A stretch of 63,985 bases of DNA, filler included, from Trypethelium eluteriae (Eukaryota): assembly GCA_051942245.1 (NCBI GenBank). It is 3 parts of 3 records of this genome, joined end to end, with 100 filler letters (N's around TTAATTAATTAA, not from the genome) between each part and the next. Parts side by side here need not be neighbours in the genome. Positions count along the whole stretch, not along the records: positions 1 to 23,155 come from JAVECL010000430.1; 2 more parts are not named here. One strand, written 5' to 3'. The notes under the pieces were generated by a model. The model was not told the origin of the DNA. It did not search any database and was given only the letters and a program-made list of their open reading frames with translations. The translations under genes were made by a program, and so were the position numbers. Positions 1 to 12,401 of the stretch are shown in pieces. Position 1 is the first letter of the stretch. Every line of letters begins with the position of its first letter.

Positions 1-138
1 TACCAAGTTGTTCAAAGCTTAGTGACCCTTCTTACATCATTGGATCCTTGACACTCCGCTCCTACGTGAAAAACCCTGAGACCCTTCTACGTACCTGTTA
101 CAAGCAGAGCTTGTACCAGGGGGTATAGGCTCATAACA
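1..138. mobile_element. Terminus of an LTR retrotransposon (or solo LTR) inserted into the patatin pseudogene
   Basis: Ends ...ggcTCATAACA at 138 (reverse complement TGTTATGA, an LTR-type TG...CA terminus). It retains CpA/TpG, unlike the RIP-riddled sequence after 139. The patatin frame stops abruptly at this junction. Confidence 0.55.
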
Positions 139-2337
139 CATTAAAGCAGCTAATATTACTCTCGCCTTATTTATAGTCAGTAAGAAAATGCCTTAAGGTA
201 AGAGAGAGGGCGCGCGCTTATACTTCCCATACAAACAGCTTATCTTCTAGATTATTGGGCTGAACATGCTTATAGCCTTTTTTAAGTTAATATAGCCCTC
301 ACGCCCATAATAAAATAAGAGAAAATACCGCAGTCTTTATTTTAAGTGCTGCTAGGATTGTAATTAGTAAAGAGAAATAAAGACGCATCTAAGATTAAAG
401 TTGCTATAACTGCTATTTTGGCACCTAAGCTAATAAACTTAAAAAAGTTAAATATATGCTGCGAGTTATTAAATATTTCCTTAAGGCAAGTCTTAAGAGC
501 TATAGCATTATAGCAACTATTTAAAAGCCAGCACTATAAATAGTCTCTAAACTTTATAAGGAGGGATTAATACTTATAACCAACCTTTATAAAAAATTTT
601 TTTACCAGCCTGTTAAACTTTTCGCAGCACTAATCCACATCCCATTAATAAAGGAAAAGGATAAAAATAATAAGCCCACCTTTAAATACTGTCAGTAGGT
701 GCGGTAAGTAAATACTTATGGCATTATACCCAAGCTTATACTAATAGCAAAGTTTATAAAATCTAAAATTAGGATTGTATTATTAACCTCTCCTTAAACC
801 AAGTGGAGATATTTAAATAGTATAACACCTTAGGTGCCTTTACTGTTAATACTCAGAATGCGCACACCAGCAGTAGGTGGTTTTAATTAGGCAGTAATAA
901 AACCCTATAATTAATAAAGTAAACAAGCCAAGATTGTAAATTTATGCTCCGTATTAATTACAGCTCTGCTGTATATCTTAACACATGTATCATAAATCGC
1001 ATGGTGGCAACTAAGCACGTACTAAGGATTGCGGAGTAAGCAATAAAGACACGTATTATTGCTTTAAAAATGCATAAAATTGCCCTTACTGGACTTAAGA
1101 TAAATAGCATGGAGTTTAGCCAACATCCCATAGCTTTTTTGGATCTATTTAAACCTTAAGCAGAAATACTTTGCCACTATTTAGTAATAATATTAGGCTG
1201 AGTATTCTTTATTTAGGACCTGCCTATATGCCGTAAGGTAGGTCGCCCTATAAAGGGTCCTAAAGACATAGGTAGGATTAAAGACTATAAAATAAGTTAG
1301 CTCCAACCTACTAAGAAATAGGAAGATTTGCGATAAGCCTTAGGCGGATATGCATCCATGGATAGAGCTGATGCTAGGTATTCTGCTATTTCACGCGGCT
1401 AAAGGCTATTTTTTGGAGCTGTTAAAAAATTAATAACATGCCTTACAAAAGTATAACTAGGTTTATAATAAGTTTATGCTAAGGCTAGAAAGCTAAAAGG
1501 TTTAGCAGTAACTGTAGCTGTGTATTGTAAGGCCTTAAGATAGAATTATTATAGATGCTGGGCAGAAAATAACCAGTAATGCCTTTAATAAAGCTCTTTT
1601 ATAATATCTATTTAAGCAAAGACTGTTTCTTTAAGTTGCTGGTATTAGGCAAGAGGTAATAAATTGGGACTGCCTAAGATAACTAATATTACATTTAAGA
1701 ACAAAGTGCTAATATCTGCATTTTGTTTATAAATTATAGCGCACAAATTTTTTATATCCATAATATCATACTTTATTAATAATTTAATAATAATAAGTTA
1801 AGGTCTAACTTGTATAAGAAGATTCTTAAAAATCCCTAAGGCGGCCCACTAAACCAAAAACTTTTTAATCTTATTAATTATGGTAAAATTATTAATAAAT
1901 ATTATAACAATGCTGTAGAATAGCAACAGAACTTTAGCAAATACTATATTAAAAAGGTTTTAAATATTATGGAAGGGCCACTGCACCAGAAAGGATCTGC
2001 TTTTATAACAGGGGAAAGGTATATAACATGGGAGGATAGGGCCGGTGGGATAGCTATCTGCAAATAGGATGGGTTTTTTTAAATTAATAGTTATTATATC
2101 AGTTCTAATATTAGCCAGCCCATTAGAGCAACACTAATTAATATTATTGTTAGGGAATAGCTCTTATAAAGCCGCATTTTTTGCCTTCCGGCCCAAGAAG
2201 AAGAGGACCATAGGAGTCTTCTTAGTTGGAGCTATTAACTCTTAAATTAACTAACTTATCCTCCCAGTGTTAATAAATATAAAATCTTTAACCCCAGCCA
2301 GCTAAAGCTAAGCAATATAAAAACAAGATGCTATTAT
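139..2337 (-). pseudogene. Patatin-like phospholipase (Starship-type PLP with Cys-rich region), RIP-degraded and cut by an LTR
   Basis: Minus-strand translation gives VLFFLGRKAKNAAL*ELFP and SNNTCLYCLLRNP*YVLSCHHAIYDTC. LKPPTAGVRILSINSKGT*GVI restores to SIDGGGTRGVI, NFAISISLG to DFAVGTSSG (GxSxG), and ARVILAAL to ARATSAAP. AVIATL...LFTNY is also present. Differences from consensus fit C>T/G>A. Confidence 0.85.
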
Positions 2338-2551
2338 GGGTAAAGGTAATTAGGTTTATAACACCTTTAATAAGAATGCTGTAATTATTTAAGCGCAAAA
2401 AACTCTGCTTTAAGAATAGGCCACATTAGGTCCAGCTAAATACATATAACCCACCTTACTTTTAAAATAAAAAAGGCTGGGTTTAATTTATGGATAAGTT
2501 TAGAGGACTTATAATATTTTATATCTTGCCCCATAATTTATTAATAAAGTA

Positions 2552-5270
2552 AATGAAAGCATAACTAATAACAGTACCTAGAATATAAATAAGGCTCTTA
2601 ACCCTTTTAAAGACCCTTTTATAGCGCGATAAAAATATTACTTAAGCAGTGCCAGGATTTATTTTTAACATCTGTACTTTAATAATAAGTATTATAGAGG
2701 ACGGATTTTTAATTGTAAAAATATTGCGCAGCTCCGCAGAGTATTTAATATAGAGGGCTATTATTAAGACAATCCAGAGTATTATATGCTTATTATTATT
2801 AACCCTGGTTTACTAAACTTAGTCCAAGACAAAGCCCATGTTAAAAAAAGTGTACTTTTTAATATTTAAAAGCCGCTGCTAAATCTTCGCCTAAGCTCAG
2901 ATATTTAGTTAACATGCCTCCATAGGCAGCATTAAGTGGAGGCGGCTAAGGAGTACCTTAACGCATCTAATAAATAGTGGACCATTAACTTTTTTGACAA
3001 AAGTATGTATTGGCCCCCCTAACTTGGTCATAGCCTTGCTAATATTAAAGATTGTAGATGCAGACCCTTATGTTCTGGTTAACCTGCGTAAAGAGTACTC
3101 CAATGCTCGGGCATTCTATGATGGAGATATTTTTTGATATTTGCGATATTACCAGCAGATAGGTGATAATGCATAAGCAAGCCGATAGCTAGCATAATTA
3201 TCAAAAAGCAAAATTAGGGATGTAAAGCAGCTTATTGACAAAGATAGACCACTTTATACAGCATTTAATTAATTACTTCCATTCATTAGACTCTAGGCCT
3301 TATTCTGCATCAGCACATTGCACTGCATACTTACCTTAAGGTGTGAAGATGTATGCTATATCTCCCGCAATTTTAAGTTTATTAGCTAATATTTTAAAGG
3401 AACTTATTTATTATCTTAACTGTATCTATAATTAGTAGAAGTTTATTATGGGACTTATCACGCCCAAACTCCTGGATTCTTAAATAGTAGCTTTTAATTA
3501 ACTGCTTATCCCGTCCATCTTAACAAAAAATTATAAGCTTATTTAAGCTGGTCTATTTAGTATATTTAATTAAGTTAACTTAAAAGAGACATAAGTTAAG
3601 CTTTTTAGTTGTCTAAAATAAGCTTAGTGGAATATTAGTGGGTGAATACTATCCCTTTACACCTTTACTAAAGATATAAAATATATTAAGCCTTATGCAT
3701 AAATAATGCGTTTTATTATACCCAAATTAAAAAGGGATAACTTAGTTTTTTAACTATTTTAAAAGAATTGGGATAGCAAAGAACACTTTATAATTCCCAT
3801 ATAATATGGCAAAAACTGTATAATTAATATTCTAATAATAAATAACATATTTAAGGTTGGATATTATTAATTATGGTTATTTATTATGTGATATTTCCCT
3901 TAAATAACTTAGGTTAATCCTTATAAAAATAAAGGCGGTAAAACACTGGAAAGTAGTATTTGCAAAGTTTTTTGGCTAATATTTGCAGAGCTCGCAATTA
4001 ACCTTAATTTTAATACCCCCAAAATACAGAAGCTAAAGAATAATAACCTAATAAAGAGTATCCTTCTTAATGCTGTAAGGTTTCTGCGTTTATTAAATTA
4101 AAATAGGTCTTTTAAAACATCCCTAAAGGATAAGATGCGCAAGCTAAAGGAGTCTGTTAAGTTATAGTCCTAAATAACCGCAGGTATTATGCCTTTATGC
4201 TTGCTTAAGCAAGAATTAAAAAACATAATACTAATGCAAAGATGTGGAAGGCTATTTTAGGAAGTATATATAAAGGATTAACCTTTGCTTTTTCTTTATA
4301 ATGTTTATTTTAACAACTGCTTTAAAGGGAGATATGCGGTAAGTTTTGCTTTTAAATAAGACATATTCCATTGCTTCTTTAGTTTTTTAAAGCCTGCCTA
4401 CACGCATATACTTAAATTTATCACATAATTTAATTAATAACAACAAGTTAGCATAAATAATATATCGCTTAGATTAAATATTACTGCATTATAAGGACCT
4501 TAAGGAGGCCAGCCTTAAGCAGAGCCCAATAAACAAGGTAATAGTCCCCTAACTGGGCCTGAAGTCAGTTAATAGGTTAGTCCCTAGGTTGCTAAAGCAG
4601 GAAATCCATTACAGACTTTAAAGAGGCAATAAGAGTTATAGGATATGGTTTCTCTAGGTCTTATGGATGCTTAAATAGTGCCCTCTTCTAACCATAGTGA
4701 TTTGCCACATATTTTATTATTTAGGCCATTTTTCATCCACTTAGAGCAGACAGATATTAAAGATATTTATAGGGTGCTACTTAGGAGATTGCCTAATAAA
4801 GTTATTTACTTATTTAGGACATATATGTTCTACTGCTGTACTCTAGACATAATAAATGTATTTCAGAATATTATGGATTAATTACATAATTAACAGTACA
4901 GTTTCGCGATTATTAATAAGGATGCCTCCCATCTCGCATATATGCAAAATCTGTTAAAAGAAGATGCAAAATTATTCTTTGCGGAACCAAAAGGCCAGCC
5001 GACAGGATACAGAAATCACAAAAAATAGGAGCAAGGCAGTATCTCTAATAAAATAGCCTAAAAAATAACATGCTTAATGTTACACTTTTATCCGCATTAT
5101 AAATAAAACAGTAGCAAATACTAATTAAAGCGCCGCCGGATTAATATCCATAAAATCCTATCCTATTACCCATTTAATATGGAATTTTGGTAGCTAACTC
5201 AGCCTATAGGCATTCCCGCATCTATTTTTTAAGGAGTACTCCACTAAGTAAACAGTCCTGCACATCCTTA
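2552..5270 (+). pseudogene. DUF3723 family protein, RIP-degraded
   Basis: Motifs NIAQLRRVFNIEGYY*DNP; LTCLHRQH*VEAAKEYL...*WT (= CLHGQHRV...WW); LRKEYSNARAFYDGDIF*YLR; SLYTFTKDIKYIKPYA; GYY*LWLFIM*YFP; QRCGR. The 3' end is approximate. Confidence 0.85.
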
Positions 5271-5329
5271 AAACATTAGTGCTAATAGCATGTTAGTATA
5301 TCCAGCTGTGTAATTATAAAGCTTACTTT

Positions 5330-6280
5330 TTTAATTACTGCTTCTTCCTCCGCGCTTAAGTTAATTAAAGCATATACATTGCTTAATACATCCGCCCATT
5401 TATTAATCTAGGTGTTAACTTGCTTATAGCTAAAGATACTATTATTATAAAGATCTAAGAATTTATTTTAAAGCTTCTAAACTTGGTAATAAAGCGCGTG
5501 CACTATGCAATTAGTAAAGTATTTTATAAAGATTAAGCAGGCATAGGGTTTATGTTAAACCCCTTATAATATAAAATAAAGATTTATAATATTTTTTATT
5601 AAAGTCCACGCAGTTGGCATAACTAAAGTAAGAATAAGAGTTAATTTAAATTTATTTTCTCTTTTTAGCTGGTTAGTTACTCTGCTTAAATAATGCTTAT
5701 GCGAATAGTACCTGCACCTTAGCAATCCTAAGATAAGCCTTTATAATTATAATATTGCTTATTATCTTTAATACTTATAGTAATTATTTCTTTAATTTTT
5801 TTATAATCTTCTTAGAATAGGTTTTTTAATTACTGCAGTATTAGCAAAAGCATTACCTTATTACACACCATAAACTTACTTAACTTATACCTGCCTAATT
5901 ATTTTTAATATTAACTCTAGGGTTACCTTAGGGATTATTAGATTGGTTAGATTATGCGCGGATGGGGTATCCGCTTTTAATTCTGGAATATTTAATACTT
6001 GCAGCTTTATGCCGCCCCCTCCGCTAACACTACTAGCTTAATTAATAATAAGCAAGTATGGGGTACTTATGGGGCGTTAGCTTTTATGGTTTAATAAGAT
6101 GTTAGGGTTTACTGTCTAATTAATTAAGGCTGTTTTGGTATTATTATATTTATTATTAAATATAAACTGGTTAAACAGGGTTTAATTAATATTTAAGAAG
6201 CTGAGATCTGCCCATAATAAATCAGCAATTATATTATTATAAAGGTCTTTTTTAATAAGAGATTATTTATTTTTTTTTAT
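5330..6280 (-). pseudogene. Unknown RIP-degraded gene (acidic N-terminus)
   Basis: Long frame with stops mostly TAA/TAG (RIP-derivable), de-RIPing to roughly EDLYDDMIADL.WADLSFLDIDQTLFDQF. Intron-like gtaag/ctaa signals. Faces away from a less-mutated promoter-like island at 6400-6800. Confidence 0.4.
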
Positions 6281-6931
6281 GCTATAAAGGCGGCACTCCT
6301 TAAGGATAAGATTCTATAATAATATATAAGGTAGGACCAAATTTTTATAAACTCAGCTTAAGGACGTCTATCCAGTTATAACCAGTGTTAGTAACACACA
6401 CAAGTTAGAGCCGCGGCGCATTATTGCCAGCTATAATAAGCTGACAGCCTATTACCGCGCGTAGACCGACCCTTAGGCCTTTTTTGGGGGTTAGCTTAAT
6501 ACGCTAATTCCTGCATGCAAGAGCATTACTGTTTGCCGCTTGCGTACTGCTGCCTAGAAGCCAATTATTGCATCTCTGCCGTCTTCTTTGACCACCACTA
6601 ATACTTTCATCCCTTGCAGTTCACAGTGTCTTTTGCTACGTTGCTTGAAAGCTGGGGGGCTGCTGCGGCGTAGATAATTGTTTATTCAAAGTCCATACAA
6701 AGCGGTTTCTTAGGGACGCACAATCTTTCTCTTAGCTTATTACCACCCCCCATCTTATTCTTATCCCTTCCGCGTCTTTAAGAATAAAAACAGCCTTAAA
6801 GGGATGTTTAAAATAAAACCTAGCTAAGACAAAATTATTATTAGAGCTTAAATTTTAACATTCATTTAGGTTATAATTATTTATTATTATTAAGTTTAAT
6901 ACTGTTTACACAACTTAAATGCAAAGTAAAG

Positions 6932-8030
6932 ATGGTATTAAGTAAAAATAGCTGCAGATACCAACCAAATAGCAGCATAAGCTTTGCTTAAAGGAACCAG
7001 AGAGTTAATATTATAATAGTTACATCTAAGCAGGGTTGTTACTTAGGTAAACATAACAGCCTTAGCTAAGCATTAAAGATATTAATATACTAATATCTTA
7101 TTAGTAGTATTTAACAGCACCCTCCTTTATGCTGTATTAATTATTATCCCAGGTTGTTACTAAAAGATATTAAAGTTAGATTAAATATCCATACCTTATG
7201 GGTAAGCCAATCTTGGAAGGGCAGCTACTGTATACTAATTTAGCATTACTAACTTATCCGGATTTGTGGAGCCTTAATACTTTTGTCCAAGCCGCGTGCT
7301 TATAAGTTAAACCTTAGGAAATCTTTAAAGACTAAACTGGACTAAGTCTTAAGGGCGCTTTATAATAATGTAGCTATTTTAGTTTTATTAGGTGCTACTT
7401 CCTTTTTTATTGCAAATTATTATAATAATAAATACCTGTTATTATATACTTATTAAATAATAATCTAATTCTAAGACCTAATCTAAACATTGCCTATTGG
7501 GTTATTATTTCCTTTATTAGGAGTCTTTAAGTCACAGCTTTTGCTTTTCTCCTAGCAAAGATATTACACAGTAAGGTAAGGTTATTAACCCAAGGAACAA
7601 TATTTTATACTAATATGGGTGTAGGATGTCTGCAATTATTATTATGTGTGTGCTTATTGCTCTGATTAGGACTTCCTCTAAGAATTTTTTATTTAAGAGG
7701 AAAACTTTAATAAATACGCCTAGGGCTTGGAATCTAAAATAGCTGCAGAGTTGTTAAATAATCTATATCTTACTAAGCAGAATATAAAGCTTTATTATAA
7801 TATAAACCAGCTGCTTGCTAAAAATATCGGCTTTATAGCAGAGACTTAGCAGCTATAAACAAATCTTTATTCTGCTTATTCCAATGCTATATTTAAGCGC
7901 CAGTGCTGAGAGGAGCTTAAGGTTTAATTAGAGCACGCTCACACAACAACTAAGAGAGTTAGTATAATGCTTAATTATATTATAGGCGTGGAAGAGTAAA
8001 ATAGTGTCCTTAATATTTTATAATTAATCC
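6932..8030 (+). pseudogene. Unknown RIP-degraded gene, probably a multi-pass membrane protein
   Basis: Intron signals (gtaaac...ctaat...tag; gtaagc...ctaatttag). One frame has several hydrophobic stretches (VAILVLLGATSFFIA; LPIGLLFSFIRSL*VTAFAFLLA; GVGCLQLLLCVCLLL). Confidence 0.4.
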
Positions 8031-8289
8031 TTAAAAATAAGAGCCTTTAACAGCAACTCTTAAAGTTAATATGTAAGGATTATTAGGGTTAAAAAAAGTA
8101 TTAAATATTGCGTCGCATTTTTTTAAGTAAGCAAGATTTTTTATGGACTTAAATAAGTATTAAATTAACCTAGCTTTAGAACTTTTATAAATCTCTAATT
8201 AAGTTGTAGGTATGGATTTAACCTTAGGGTTATTTAGTTAGGTAATTATTATGATATATTTTTTTTTACAGTAATTTATGTGGGTACAA

Positions 8290-9725
8290 CATAAATATAG
8301 AAGTTTATAAATAGTAAGCACCCTATTCTATCTTAACTGAATGGAAATAGATATTAATTAGCCAGCTTCTAATTAAGGATTTATAATAATATTTATAAAG
8401 TACTTAGTCCTTTCTCTCCAAGGCTGTTAAAAAGAAAGAAAATCCCTAAAGATACCTTGCATATTATTACATGCATGGAATTATGTCAGCAAATATTATC
8501 TAAAAGATACAGAATCTATAAAGGAACCCCCAGGGGAGTCCTTAAATAAATCTCCCAAAAAAACCCAAGAAGAATACCTAAAGTAATTAAAAAATAAATA
8601 ACCTTAAGAAGCCCAAAAAGCCTAAAGCTATTAATGGGGATATATAAATGGGGGAAAAAAACTCTATAAGGGAAAAATAAAAATATAACAGCCAAACAGT
8701 ATAAAGTATTAAGAACATTACTTAAGGTCTTTATTAAAGCGGCAGCGCTTATCCCAACCCTGCTACATCCAGTAATAACAATAAAAATAGCAGGAGTAAG
8801 GAAAGTAGTAGCAAAGTTAGCGGCAGCAACATTGGAGGGAACAACAGCGGCAATAATAATAACAACAGCAATGACAATGACAACAACGACAACAATGACA
8901 ACGAGATCGCTAACCATAACAACGTTGATAATCACAACAATGACGGTATTGGCAATGATAACAACCGTGACGATGACAACGGCGACGATGATAGCGACGA
9001 CAATGACGACGACGACAATAACAACGACGATAATGACGATAATAATGGTGTTTCTATTATTATCCAGAATTTTAGAACTCTTAAAGAAAGACCAGGCTAT
9101 GTATTTGACCTTAGCAAGTGGAAAAAAATAATTGCAGTTTATGGTATTAAAGCTAAAGGCAATGAATTTAGGGGTTACTAACTTTATTTACTCCATAATA
9201 TTAAGAAGAATAATAAAAAGCATAATCTTGTGGAGTTAGTACCTTTTAATAAATTTAGGAAATACTATTAATATAAAACCCTCCTAGATTTTAAAAAGCT
9301 TATACTTTATCCCAGGGATTTATAAAATAAGTAATTATAACTTAAGGATATTAAAATTAGGGCTATATTTTACTTGCGGAGAGATAATAATATTAAAAAA
9401 GGTAAGCTAAATACATTTTAGTAATTTACTGCAAATAAACTTAAAGGAGAGCCCTATTTTATAATAAATACCACCTTTAAATAGTGCTTTAGAGTGGGCC
9501 ATATTAAAGTAAAAGAGATTAAATAGCTTAAATTAACCAGTTATTACATACCAGCATATTTAGCAAAGCTATGGATGTTTATTAAGGACCTATGGGACCT
9601 AGAGCAGATACGCTCTGCAGGATATAAAGCTATAAATAATAAAATAAATAAAAAAAAGACTTCCATAGCTAAAGTTAACATCCAGTCCAACACATTTAGT
9701 GTAAAGTTAACCTTAGCTGCTTAAT
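8290..9725 (+). pseudogene. Unknown RIP-degraded gene with a long Asp/Asn-rich linker
   Basis: Reads PCILLHAWNYVSKYYL, then a D/N tract, then (in a shifted frame) LQFYGIKAKGNEFRGY*LYL...LVELVP. A gtaagc intron lies near 9402. Confidence 0.45.
8850..9050 (+). repeat. Imperfect trinucleotide (GAC/AAC/GAT/AAT)n low-complexity tract
   Basis: Directly visible, e.g. gacgacaatgacgacgacgacaataacaacgacgataatgacgat. It explains spurious ORFs 8516..8935 and 8832..9131. Confidence 0.9.
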
Positions 9726-10249
9726 TAAGCAGTAAAAAAGAAAAAGCGCTATATGCAACTCCTCCGCGCTTGGTTACTTTAAATAAAGTTGTTAAAGCAG
9801 TTTTATAGTACTTTTTACTAAGGTCTAACATAAAAAAGGAGATTAAGTTGGGAGATAAGTAGGAGCTTAAGGTATGGCAGTTCTGCTGGATAGGATTAAT
9901 GTTAGTTATACAGCATTGGGTGTTGTTTGTTATATACTTTATATATAGTATAGGTTTATAATTCTGTTTAATAAAGATCTTTTAATTGCTTAAATAAGAG
10001 GTTGTTATTTAAGCGTGCTTAACCGCAATATTTAATATCTAATTTAGGCTTAAAAATCTGAATAAGTATTTAAGGAATCTTTAACAGCTAATACTGCAGT
10101 TATAGCTAAGTCTTTATGGAAGCTGGTTGCATTTTGTTTAGACTGGAGTGGGGAAGGCATAGATTATAAAAATACTTTTTGCAAAATAGATTATAAAAAT
10201 ACTTCTTGCGGATAAAAAAGAATAAAAACAAAAATAGGGAAAAGAGATT

Positions 10250-11625
10250 GACTGTACTAGCTTTTTGCTTCTAACTTACCTCTTTAACTGCTAAAGCAGC
10301 GCAGCTATTATAAGTTACTTAGGAGATAGCTAGCAGTAAGCTTAGGAGGGGCTATTCTAAATTAGGCTAGAACTGGATAGTATAATTTTAATTTACTGTC
10401 TTTATTAAGTTAGCAGTTTCTTAAAAAAGGTTACAAAAATAAGGTAGACTGAATAGGTCAGGTTAATAAGCAAAATAAAAAGTCTTATACTAACCTGCCC
10501 CAGTAAACTGTTCTAAGAATAATTATCCCAAGCCTATATTATGCCAAGCTCTTTTTTAAATGTCTAATACTTAGCAATTTATTATAATAATAATATACAT
10601 AAAACTTAAATAATTCTATGGCCTTTTATTTATCTTTCCGCTGCTTAATATACCTATTAAGCTTTACGGGACCGGAGGGTGTATTGCTTAGGTATCCATA
10701 GTAAGAGCATAACAGCTAATAGCGCAGCAGTATCAGCCTTAGATAATCTACTAATTTTATGTTATTTAGATTTAAAGTTAATAATATTAGCACTCCCGCC
10801 CCAACCTTAGCGCCTAGCTTAGGGACGGCTATATTAGGACCCGTGCCTTAATACACCCATAAGGTCTTTATTAGCGCTTAAGGGGATTTCCTTTTTAATC
10901 CATAGCTAATAAAAGCAGGAGTGGGAAATATTATTAGGTTCTATTTTCTTAAGCTTAATTATACCTTAACATAATCCTTACTTAATAAGCTTTGCACACC
11001 TTTAAATTTATTTAATATAGGTTTTATCCATTCCAATCCTTAAAACATTATAAATAATATATTGCTTTTTTTTATCCAAAACATAAATCCATAGTAGTTT
11101 TTGTGCAAATAAATAAAGCTAATTTTACACTGCTATGCTGGAATAATTTTTGTAATTAACCCTTGCAATAACTTTGCTTAATTCCTTAAATATGCCCAAT
11201 AATTAATTATTACTCCACTTCCTTTAGTCGCAATATAGACAGGAATAAGGGCGCGGGGTACCTTAGGTCTAATAATCAACTCTTCTGCTTATAATAGCAC
11301 TTAGATGTCTTCAGCAGTAGCTCCACAGCCTTTTAAAGAAGAGGCAAGGGTATAAGGATTTAATATATTAAGCATTGCTAATATTTTTGTTATTCTTTGG
11401 TTATTCAGTGGATATTATTAATTATTGTTTAAATATTCTGTTTATTATTTAGCTAAGTCTGCAGCTTAATAAGAATTTACTCTAGAAATAGCGTTTTTTA
11501 TTACTTCTCTTAGGCGTAGATTGTCTTAAGATCCCTTAGTAGGGTTTTTATTGCTTACATTATCCCCCCAAATTTATAACGCTGGATAAGAGAGTGCTCT
11601 TTTGCTAATAAGCAAAATCTCCATA
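10250..11625 (-). pseudogene. Unknown RIP-degraded gene
   Basis: Long minus-strand frame interrupted by TAA/TAG (YTLASSLKGCGATAEDI*VLL*AEELIIRPKVPRALIP...FIYLHKNYYGFMFW). No family recognised. Confidence 0.4.
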
Positions 11626-11879
11626 TTAGGCGGAAGTATTATTATTTTTAAGCTATTAAAAAGATCTTAGATATACTTAAAAAAAGGGACTTCTTACTTA
11701 TAAAACTTTAGCAGTGTATATTTAATATTATCTTAGATTTTGCCATAATAATAATTTTGCAACTATTTAATATATAGTCCTCCCATCCAGCTTAAATAAA
11801 GATTAGTATATAATAATAAAGCTATAAAAGTAAGCTGCTGCTCCTCTTTATTAAAGACTGCATAAAGAATATTGCTATT

Positions 11880-12249
11880 ACTTTAATAATCTTGCGGCCG
11901 GCTTAATTCTTGGGGGTAATTAATTATTGGGTCCGCCATCCAGCTTAAACATAGGTTTATTAAAGGTACCAGCACTTTTATAAAAAGTTGTATAAACCTT
12001 TTATTGCGCTATGCATATAATTTAGTATACCTTTAGCCAGCTTAGAATATAACTTATATAAAGATTAATAAATTCAGCCTAGGGTGGCTAGCCCTTATTA
12101 TTCCTTATAAAAAAGTAGTAATAAATTCCCTTAAATTTTGTTATAATAAAAACTTCTGCCCTGGTTACTTCTTATAGCTGCTGCAATTTAGATGCTAAGG
12201 TTTTAATCCGCTTTTAAAAGCTTTTAGAAACTTGCTTAGCAGGAGTTAT
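11880..12249 (-). pseudogene. Small divergent MADS-box (SRF-TF-like) protein, RIP-degraded
   Basis: Translates as (M)TPAKQVSKSF*KRIKTLASKLQQL*EVTRAEVFIITKFKGIYYYFFIRNNKG*PP. This fits F.KR..TL..K...L....GA.V.......G..Y.F......WPP of small fungal MADS-like proteins. A degenerate intron follows. Confidence 0.65.
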
Positions 12250-12401
12250 AATAAATATTAGGTAGTTCTAAAAACCAAACTAGCGCGGAGCTATCCTAAA
12301 TAATATAGCAATAAGGGTTAAATATAAAAAAGATAGGAGGGCTTAGCAGTAAAGGCAGTGGTTATATATTCTATTACATCCACCTTATATTAGGTCGCGC
12401 A

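Noticed and set aside
8516..9131. Hydrophobic 139-aa ORF and Thr/Met-rich 99-aa ORF
   Set aside because: Alternate readings of the GAC/AAC low-complexity tract.
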